Shown here in pieces: positions 56,901-64,000 of a DNA stretch of 64,000 bases (its first letter is position 1; every line of letters starts with the position of its first letter). Below the pieces are notes generated by a model, which was not told where the DNA came from, searched no databases, and saw only the letters and a list, made by a program, of their open reading frames with translations. This DNA is from an uncultured Methanosarcinales archaeon (GTDB taxonomy: Archaea > Nanobdellota > Nanobdellia > Woesearchaeales > DATDXC01): assembly GCA_964510025.1 (NCBI GenBank), contig CAZDZV010000005.1:1-64000 (forward strand), in the 5' to 3' direction. The position numbers were made by a program, and so were the translations under genes.

Positions 56901-59048
56901 ATGAGAAAACTGTTAGCTATGCTAGTTATTGTCAGCGCTGTTTGCGGAATAGGATATGCTGCAAAGACACTTGTATTCAATGAGACTGAGCTGGTCAAGC
57001 TGGTGCCTGAAGGCAGCGATCCTGACAGTGATCCGATAACATACTCTTTTTCAGAGCCTTTGAATGAAAAAGGAGAATGGCAGACAACATACGGAGATGC
57101 TGGCGAATATGAGGTAGCGGTTACAGCGTCAGATGGGGAACTTACGACAACTGAACAGGTGACGCTTATAGTAAACAAGAAGGAAGTGTCTCCTGAAATT
57201 GAAACATCCAGTCCCGCAGGAGATATCCATCTTTCTGAAGGCGGGCAACAGGAATTCTCAATAAGCGCCACTGACCTTAACGACGATGAGTTAGAGTACA
57301 TATGGTACGTAGACGAGGAAATTGTAGGATATGGGTTCAGCTTCATCTATGCACCGACTTATTTTGAAGCAGGACAGCATACTATAAGAGCTGTTGTTTC
57401 TGATGGAGAAAAGCAGGCAGCCAAGGAATGGGACGTACATGTAGCAGATGTGAACAGGACAGAGCTTCTTGATTCTTTTTCAGACATAACCATAGATGAG
57501 GGAGAATCGATTGATTTGGAACTGCCTGACTTTGCCAGCTATAATCTGGAGTATAGCATCGGCGAGCCGATTGGGGACGATGGGTCATGGGAAACAGGCT
57601 ATGATAACGCAGGAACATATTCTGTCAGGATAGAGATCAGGGACGGGGACTTCTATGCAGATAAAGATATCAACTTAGAAGTGAACAACCTGGACAGAGG
57701 GCCTGTCTTAGGTGACATAGGAAATGTCCGGATTAGGGAAAATCAGAAGGTTGAGATAGAAATAAATGCAGCCGATCCAGATGGCGATGAGATAAGCTTT
57801 TCGGCTGAAAATCTGCCAGATGGCTCTTCTTTCGAAGATAATGTATTTAGCTGGCAGACAACTCATGATACGGTCACAAAACAGGGTGCAGTAGATAACA
57901 TACTAGATAAGTTCCATCTTTTGAGCAGAACATTTGTTGTCAGATTCATAGCCGAAAGCAACGGTCTCACAGATACAAAGGACACAAGAATAACAGTGAG
58001 AGATGTAAATCGTGCACCAGTGATAGAAGATATTGGCGAAATGATAGTCAATGAAGGGGAAACCTTTGCTATAAATCCCAACATAACTGACCCGGACGGT
58101 GACAAAACCAGCTATTCATGCTCTGGGTGGATTGACAAATGTGAATACACCCCAAGCTATGAAGAAGCTGGTGCATATATAGTGAAAGTAAAAGCTACTG
58201 ATGGTTTCCTGTATGATACAGAAGAGATAACTGTCAGGGTAGCTGATACGAACAGGATGCCAAGCCTGGTTGTTGATGATCAGATGGGTTTTGAAGGTGA
58301 GGAGATAAGATTCAAGGTCAGCGCCGGCGATCCAGATGGTGATCCTGTAGAAATCAGACTGGTGGAGGCTCCGGAGAAAAGCATGTTTGAAGGTAACATA
58401 TTCAGCTGGATACCTGATTATGATGTTTCCTGGGACAGCTCACAAGATGTCAGAGTTAAGTTTGCTGCATCAGACGGCAAAGCAGAAATACAGAAGGACG
58501 TGATAATCACCGTACATAACACAAACCGGGCACCGGACATAATCAACATCACGCCTGTTCAGGAGTTCACCACGTATGCCGGAAGCCAGATCAGGTTTGA
58601 GGTAGTCGCCGAAGATCCAGACGGGGATAGGCTAAGCTACAGGTGGAAATTTGGCTTGTTTGAAGAATACAATGCAACTTCAGTCCATCTAAGAACATTC
58701 CAGACAACGGGCATGAAAACGATCACGGTGGAGGTTTCAGATAGCGAAGAAAGTGCGTCCTACAGCTGGACTGCCCATGTGATAGCCCCAAAAAAGAACA
58801 TAAGTGAGAAGCAAGAAAAAAAAACTGAGACTACTGTTACCAGCACTGTGACCACAACGGTCATCAAGCAGGAAACAATACCTACTACTACCACAGTAAT
58901 AAAGCAATTGCCTCCCCCTTCAACTGCAATAAAGCAGAACACTGCACAAGTTGTCCAGAAAAAAGACTATATCTATGACAGGTATACTATTGTGCATAAC
59001 GGGGACGTGGAAGAAAAAAGCAAGGAAAGACTTATCGTGCAGCGCTGA
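56901..59048 (+). CDS. Secreted protein with about 7 Ig-like repeats and Thr-rich tail
   Basis: Signal peptide, repeated DPDGD and NR.P motifs, TTVTSTVTTT region. Confidence 0.88.
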   Translation: MRKLLAMLVIVSAVCGIGYAAKTLVFNETELVKLVPEGSDPDSDPITYSFSEPLNEKGEWQTTYGDAGEYEVAVTASDGELTTTEQVTLIVNKKEVSPEIETSSPAGDIHLSEGGQQEFSISATDLNDDELEYIWYVDEEIVGYGFSFIYAPTYFEAGQHTIRAVVSDGEKQAAKEWDVHVADVNRTELLDSFSDITIDEGESIDLELPDFASYNLEYSIGEPIGDDGSWETGYDNAGTYSVRIEIRDGDFYADKDINLEVNNLDRGPVLGDIGNVRIRENQKVEIEINAADPDGDEISFSAENLPDGSSFEDNVFSWQTTHDTVTKQGAVDNILDKFHLLSRTFVVRFIAESNGLTDTKDTRITVRDVNRAPVIEDIGEMIVNEGETFAINPNITDPDGDKTSYSCSGWIDKCEYTPSYEEAGAYIVKVKATDGFLYDTEEITVRVADTNRMPSLVVDDQMGFEGEEIRFKVSAGDPDGDPVEIRLVEAPEKSMFEGNIFSWIPDYDVSWDSSQDVRVKFAASDGKAEIQKDVIITVHNTNRAPDIINITPVQEFTTYAGSQIRFEVVAEDPDGDRLSYRWKFGLFEEYNATSVHLRTFQTTGMKTITVEVSDSEESASYSWTAHVIAPKKNISEKQEKKTETTVTSTVTTTVIKQETIPTTTTVIKQLPPPSTAIKQNTAQVVQKKDYIYDRYTIVHNGDVEEKSKERLIVQR

Positions 59049-59050
59049 AC

Positions 59051-60142
59051 ATGAAAAAATCCATGTTAATAATCTCTACGCTTTTGATACTTTGCTTTGT
59101 GTCATTCGGGCAGATAATCCCAAAGATAACAGAGCCCCATACAAGATTCAATCCCTGGCTGGATGCCTGCGTATATTTCTTTATAGATGGCCACTGCTAT
59201 GTTGATACAGACTACTGCAGCATGACTTATGGTAGAAATCTCTTTATTTTCCTGGAGAAAGACAAGGAATGCATGTATGATTTAGAGGAATATAGGGTAT
59301 ATATCCAGGAAAAAGAGGAGCCTGCTGAGATTCAGGAAAAGGAGGAAGTGCAAGATTTTATTTTTATGATAAATGAGACAGATAAAATAAGCATCTTCCC
59401 GGTAGGCTTTGACCCGGATGAGGATGAGCTCGACTATATATTTAGCGAGCCCCTAGACGAGAATGGAGAATGGCAGACAGACTACGGGGATGCAGGTGAA
59501 CATATGGCTACAGTGAGCGTTTCAGACGGCAGAATATCTGCAACAAAGGAGATCATAATTATAGTGGGCAAGAAAGAGGAAGATCCGGTCATAGAGGACT
59601 TCAGACCCTTTGACCGAGATATTACAGTTGAGGAAAACTCCGAGGTAATATTCAGTGTTGATGTAGAGGATAGAAATAATGATGAAATCATATATACCTG
59701 GAGACTCGATGGCGAGAGGATATCCGACCAAAGCTCTTTTAGGTTCATACCTGGTTATGATATGTCTGGTGGGCATGATATAGAAGCAGAGATAACTGAT
59801 GGCCAGGCCCGGTTGAACAAATCATGGCATATCAGGATAAAAAATGTCAACAGGATCCCTGAAATGCAGGAGATAGACGACATGACTGTAGAAGAAACCG
59901 AAGAGGTTGCAATAACGCCTGTAGCTACAGACCCTGATGGAGATGAGATAATCTTCACTATTTCTGAACCAGTAGGCGACGACGGTATCTGGAGAACAAC
60001 ATATGATGACTCAGGCATCTATGAGGTAGAGATAGTAGCTTCTGACGGAGAGGATTCAGCAACCCAGACAGTCATGATAACTGTAGAGAATGTGAACAGG
60101 GCTCCGGTCATAAGAGATATCAAGAAGCAAAAGTTTAATTAA
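59051..60142 (+). CDS. Secreted protein with Ig-like repeats, paralogue of 55853..56875
   Basis: Signal peptide, Cys-containing N-domain, three Ig-like repeats. Confidence 0.87.
   Translation: MKKSMLIISTLLILCFVSFGQIIPKITEPHTRFNPWLDACVYFFIDGHCYVDTDYCSMTYGRNLFIFLEKDKECMYDLEEYRVYIQEKEEPAEIQEKEEVQDFIFMINETDKISIFPVGFDPDEDELDYIFSEPLDENGEWQTDYGDAGEHMATVSVSDGRISATKEIIIIVGKKEEDPVIEDFRPFDRDITVEENSEVIFSVDVEDRNNDEIIYTWRLDGERISDQSSFRFIPGYDMSGGHDIEAEITDGQARLNKSWHIRIKNVNRIPEMQEIDDMTVEETEEVAITPVATDPDGDEIIFTISEPVGDDGIWRTTYDDSGIYEVEIVASDGEDSATQTVMITVENVNRAPVIRDIKKQKFN
59843..60120 (+). repeat. 278-bp perfect direct repeat, copy 2
   Basis: Identical by eye to 56585-56862. Confidence 0.9.
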
Positions 60143-61668
60143 TGAATGTTTCTTCTTTTTTTACTATGATAAACCCGACTGTTGATCTTGCCCTGGATAC
60201 AGTAAATAAGGGCAAGCAGGCTCTGATTTTCGTCAATACAAAAAGATCTGCGGAGAAGACCGCAGAGGAGATAAGTCATAAGATTAAGAAAGGACAACTC
60301 CCGGAGCTTAGCGAGAGGATCTTAAAAGCCCTTTCAAGACCGACCAAGCAGTGTGAAAGGCTGTCTAAAATCATTAATAAAAAGGTCGCTTTCCATCATG
60401 CCGGCCTGGTGCAGAGGCAAAAGGAGCTTATCGAGGATAATTTCAGACAAGGCAATATAAAAGTGATATGCGCTACGCCTACACTGGCGATGGGCGTGGA
60501 TCTGCCGGCTTTTCGGACTATCCTAAAAGACCTCAGGCGGTACACGCACAGAGGCTTAAGCTATATACCTGTCCTGGAATACCTACAGATGGCTGGAAGA
60601 GCCGGAAGACCAAAGTTCGACAGGCATGGCGAGTCTATCTGTATAGCTAAGACAGAAGCTGACAGAGAGATTATTGTGGACAAATACATAAAAGGGAGCC
60701 CTGAAGAGATATACTCCAAGCTCGCAGTTGAACCGGTTTTGCGGATTTATGTGCTGTCCTTGATATCATCTGAATTCGTAAACAGCAAACAAGGACTATA
60801 TGACTTCTTTGCCAGGACCTTTTTTGCCCACCAGTTTGGAGACCTGCAGAAGATCAACATGCTTATCGACAAGATAGCGAGGCTTCTGGAAGAGTGGGGA
60901 TTTATCTGTTCTTCAACAGAAGACTTTGTCGATGCTGATAAAATGAATGAAGACAGATGCAGGGCCACATTGTTGGGCAAAAGGGTGGCTGAACTGTATA
61001 TTGACCCGCTGACAGCGCATCATTTTGCGACTGGTTTGAGAGAAGCTAAATTGCATGAATTTTCTATTCTTCAGATGATCAGCCATACCCTGGAAATAAG
61101 ACCATTACTGAAGGTAAAGACAAAAGAATATGATGATATCCAAGAGTATCTGCTAAAATACGGATCTTATCTTATAAATGAAGAGCCAAACATATATGAC
61201 GCTGAGTACGATGAATTCCTGAACAGCATAAAGACTGCTAAATTCTTCATGGACTGGATAGATGAAAAAGATGAAGAATTTCTCCTTGAGACGTATGGCA
61301 TAAGGCCGGGAGAAATCAGGGTCAAGCTCGAAATAGCTGACTGGCTGCTTTACACTGCACAGGAGATCGCAAGGATCCTTAAGCTAAAACGGGTTCTACT
61401 CGCAAAATTAAGGGTACGTGTCAAGAATGGAGTCAAAGAGGAGCTTGTTCCCCTGCTTAAGTTTAAGAATATAGGGAGGATAAGGGCTAGAAAACTCTAT
61501 AAGAACGGTGTCAAAGATGTCAAAGATGTCAAAAAGGCTGACCTGCTTAAACTTATACAGATTCTGGGAAAGAATATCTCTATTGACATAAAAAAACAGG
61601 TCGGACAGGAATTCAAACAGGTCAAAGAAAGAAAAAGAAAAGGGCAAATCAGCCTGAGGGATTATTGA
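60142..61668 (+). CDS. hel308: Hel308/Ski2-like helicase, C-terminal half (RecA2, winged helix, ratchet, HhH; split gene)
   Basis: LIFVNTKR (IV), FHHAGL, ATPTLAMGVDLPA (V), QMAGRAGRP (VI), LYIDP, IGRIRARKLY; no Walker A or B; alternative start at 60166. Confidence 0.9.
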   Translation: MNVSSFFTMINPTVDLALDTVNKGKQALIFVNTKRSAEKTAEEISHKIKKGQLPELSERILKALSRPTKQCERLSKIINKKVAFHHAGLVQRQKELIEDNFRQGNIKVICATPTLAMGVDLPAFRTILKDLRRYTHRGLSYIPVLEYLQMAGRAGRPKFDRHGESICIAKTEADREIIVDKYIKGSPEEIYSKLAVEPVLRIYVLSLISSEFVNSKQGLYDFFARTFFAHQFGDLQKINMLIDKIARLLEEWGFICSSTEDFVDADKMNEDRCRATLLGKRVAELYIDPLTAHHFATGLREAKLHEFSILQMISHTLEIRPLLKVKTKEYDDIQEYLLKYGSYLINEEPNIYDAEYDEFLNSIKTAKFFMDWIDEKDEEFLLETYGIRPGEIRVKLEIADWLLYTAQEIARILKLKRVLLAKLRVRVKNGVKEELVPLLKFKNIGRIRARKLYKNGVKDVKDVKKADLLKLIQILGKNISIDIKKQVGQEFKQVKERKRKGQISLRDY

Positions 61669-61741
61669 CATTGTCAGCTTTACCTGTCCCCCAATAATAT
61701 TCAATAACTATATATAATCAACACTAAATACCTGAAAATAT

Positions 61742-61814
61742 GCCCCTGTAGTATAGCTGGATAGAACACAAGATTGCGGATCTTGAGACCCGGGTTCAAT
61801 CCCCGGCAGGGGCA
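61742..61814 (+). tRNA. trnR: tRNA-Arg(GCG)
   Basis: Acceptor GCCCCTG/CAGGGGC, anticodon arm CAAGA-TTGCGGA-TCTTG, T arm CCGGG-TTCAATC-CCCGG. Confidence 0.95.
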
Positions 61815-61926
61815 TAAATCTGTTGTTTTTAGGGGAAAGGTTTATTAATGGGGCAGTATTATCATTCATATCAAGGAGATTTGTTTTCTAGATTTGGCAA
61901 GTTTTCTTTTGTCGGAGGCGGTACAA

Positions 61927-62100
61927 ATGGATAAGGATAAAATGGCCTATATAAAGAAGAGATTGCTAACCTTAGAATGGGATAAGAAGAGAGGCCAGAT
62001 AAATTTCGCAAAAACTATGGAATTAGAGGAGTTGAAGAAAAAGCTGGAAGAGTCATCACAGGAGCAAAAAATAGAGGTAAATAATGCCAAAAGCGTATAA
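61927..62100 (+). CDS. Small hypothetical protein (57 aa)
   Basis: GGAGG RBS before ATG 61927; charged helical sequence. Confidence 0.65.
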   Translation: MDKDKMAYIKKRLLTLEWDKKRGQINFAKTMELEELKKKLEESSQEQKIEVNNAKSV

Positions 62101-62215
62101 AGAAGTCAGAACATGCAGGATGTGCAAGAAAAGATATACGTTAAAAAAAGAGCAATGGAGAGAGATGAAGTGGCCCCGCTCATACTGCCCAGACTGCTGC
62201 AAAAGATATTTTTAA
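62084..62215 (+). CDS. Small zinc-ribbon protein (43 aa)
   Basis: MPKAYKEVRTCRMCKKRY...SYCPDCCKRYF; GAGGT RBS; too short for the ORF track. Confidence 0.65.
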   Translation: MPKAYKEVRTCRMCKKRYTLKKEQWREMKWPRSYCPDCCKRYF

Positions 62216-62254
62216 ATAAGAACCTTTAAATATCCTGTTCACTAGAACAGCTGC

Positions 62255-62755
62255 ATGAACAAGAAAAGTGGGCTTGAAAAATGGATCATATCCGGCATCA
62301 TTGTTGCGTTTGCAGTATGGTTTTTTACCCAGACAGGAGACAAGATAACCGGAGCAGTTATTTCTGAAGTGAGTGAAAAGATTGAAAATTTTGTCGGCGG
62401 AGATGGCTGCGAGAAAGTGGTCGAAGAAGCTGCAAATAACCTGCGAAAGGAATTCCCGGCCAATGATATTGAGCTAATCCAGTACAGGCGGTTCGATAGG
62501 GCAGAGGATGCTAAAGACTATGTTCTGACGTGGAATGAGGAAAAGACGAATAATGTAAAAGGTGCGCTGCAAGATCTTCAGGAAAATTCTGCAGAAAGAA
62601 TAGGGGTAGGCATTATAAAAGTTGAAAGAGGTCTAACCAGGGTGATGGTTCTAGGGGAGCTGATAGTCAACTATCCTGTAGTGTGCGCAGATGGGGAAAT
62701 CCTGACTGGCTCAAGATATGTGGTGGAACATAAGATTCGCAATGATCTAATATAA
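62255..62755 (+). CDS. Membrane-anchored hypothetical protein
   Basis: Basic N-terminus, one TM helix, KITGAVI motif. Confidence 0.72.
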   Translation: MNKKSGLEKWIISGIIVAFAVWFFTQTGDKITGAVISEVSEKIENFVGGDGCEKVVEEAANNLRKEFPANDIELIQYRRFDRAEDAKDYVLTWNEEKTNNVKGALQDLQENSAERIGVGIIKVERGLTRVMVLGELIVNYPVVCADGEILTGSRYVVEHKIRNDLI

Positions 62756-63414
62756 TGGCAAGATCCAAGAGGATAATAACAACAATTATTATCATAATTC
62801 TTATCCATATAATTCTAAATTATTCAAAAGTCAGGGTGATAAAGGAGGAGCATGTGAATAAAACAGAAGCCAAAGAGACCACTGTCCAAGAAGAGGTTTA
62901 TGTTCCAATAGAAGAGGATTTGTGCTATCAAAAGGATTTTGAATGGAACTAATCATGGGAACCCTGGAAGACCGAAGTCAACAATTCCATATCACCTATG
63001 CTGATACTGAAGAATCTTGAAGACAAACGCGGCAAGTATAGATTACAGTTTGCTTTCTTCGATGAGTCGGTGCATCCGTTCAGCATATATCAAGGCGTCA
63101 ACTATGATTTGGTGAGGCAACAGCTGCCATGGGAATCTGCTGCAATGCATAGCCCGAACTTCAGCTACAATCTTGGCCCTTACGAAGAGGTTTCTGTTTC
63201 CCATTATGTCGAAAAGTCCGACCCTGATGCGGAATATTGGGTCTATGCTGACATCATAGCCCCCACCTATGAGAAGTGCGGAAAGATAGTCAAGAATATC
63301 ACTGAAATCCAAAATGTCACAAAAATAGTAAATCTTACCTATGAGACTAAAAAAAATATAAGTTACAGCAAAAGCCTCTGGAAAATTATAGTTGAACTGA
63401 TAACCTTAGAATAG
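62755..63414 (+). pseudogene. Membrane-anchored hypothetical protein interrupted by one in-frame TAA (62950-62952)
   Basis: ORFs 62755..62952 and 62998..63414 share a frame; read-through gives KDFEWN*SWEPWKTEVNNSISPMLILKN. Confidence 0.7.
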
Positions 63415-63416
63415 GC

Positions 63417-64000
63417 CTATTTGTTTTGGCTGTAGTATATATCCTCTATCATGGACAAAGTAGATATCTCTGAAGGAGTCCTGTCCGACCTTAAGCTCTT
63501 CAGGCGGGGAAATCTTAACGCAAAACCGCTCGAATATGTGGGGCTTTTCTGTATCTCCTCATAGTCAACCTCTACCACCAGCTTCGGCTTCAGTTTAACC
63601 TCTCTGCCTTTTTCAGACAATATCAAAGGCTTAAGCTCCTCTGTAAGTTGTATGAAGCTTATACCTTGCTCAGCTTTTTCCTTTATGCCTGTCCCCATCT
63701 TTCCAATCTCCAGAAAGTTACCTTCCTCATCTATGCAAGCCAGCGTAAATGAGCTGAGCCAGGTTGCTCTTTTGCCCTCGCCCCATTCGGCCCCTATAAT
63801 AACAAGGTCAAGGCTCTCCATCGTGGGCTTCAGCTTGACCATATGATTTACCCTGGCACCTGGCCTGTAGGGTGAATCAAGCTTCTTCAGCATGATGCCC
63901 TCATTTCCAGCTTGCAGACTTTCCCTATAAAATGCCTCGATTTCTGCTTTCTTAGAGGATACCAAATTTTTTACAACTACTATTTTTCTAGGCTCATTCT
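63417..64000 (-). CDS. lig: ATP-dependent DNA ligase, C-terminal part (5'-partial)
   Basis: EGIMLK, YRPGAR, KLK, LDLVIIGAEWGEGKR, LRFPR. Confidence 0.95.
   Translation of the reverse strand, partial: NEPRKIVVVKNLVSSKKAEIEAFYRESLQAGNEGIMLKKLDSPYRPGARVNHMVKLKPTMESLDLVIIGAEWGEGKRATWLSSFTLACIDEEGNFLEIGKMGTGIKEKAEQGISFIQLTEELKPLILSEKGREVKLKPKLVVEVDYEEIQKSPTYSSGFALRFPRLKSLRSDRTPSEISTLSMIEDIYYSQNK

Noticed and set aside
56585..60120. Diversity-generating retroelement TR/VR pair
   Set aside because: The copies are identical with no adenine-specific differences, both are coding, and there is no reverse transcriptase in the window
62950..62952. Stop-codon reassignment
   Set aside because: TAA, TAG and TGA all terminate conserved genes at expected positions in this window

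Overview
Gene-dense archaeal chromosome segment, most consistent with a DPANN/Woesearchaeota-like genome. This is an inference from archaeal RpoL, Hel308, Dph2/Dph6, RibL and BHB-intron tRNAs alongside bacterial-type DnaK/DnaJ/GrpE, PlsC and LipA, split genes and many orphan coiled-coil or Cys-rich surface proteins. It holds a dnaK operon, NAD/FAD/lipoate genes, a complete rnfCDGEAB operon with apbE, a divergent citrate synthase, amt-glnK-glnA flanked by Lrp regulators, hisS, three tRNAs (two with introns, one in the T-loop) and three Ig-like repeat surface proteins. The most striking stretch is 21.15-26.24 kb: xerA with a dif-like site beside it, two coiled-coil/winged-helix orphans, about 2 kb of non-coding DNA, a dense RGACT iteron-like cluster and a polarised AAAAGTGAG motif. 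Together these suggest an uncharacterised replication/segregation locus. Also notable: Hel308 split into two genes 54 kb apart, a stand-alone Dph2 N-terminal fragment, a candidate structured ncRNA, a duplicated tRNA 5' end and a 278-bp perfect duplication between two surface-protein genes. No CRISPR array, rRNA, reverse transcriptase or intact transposase was seen. Product calls come from motif recognition only; no database search was run.
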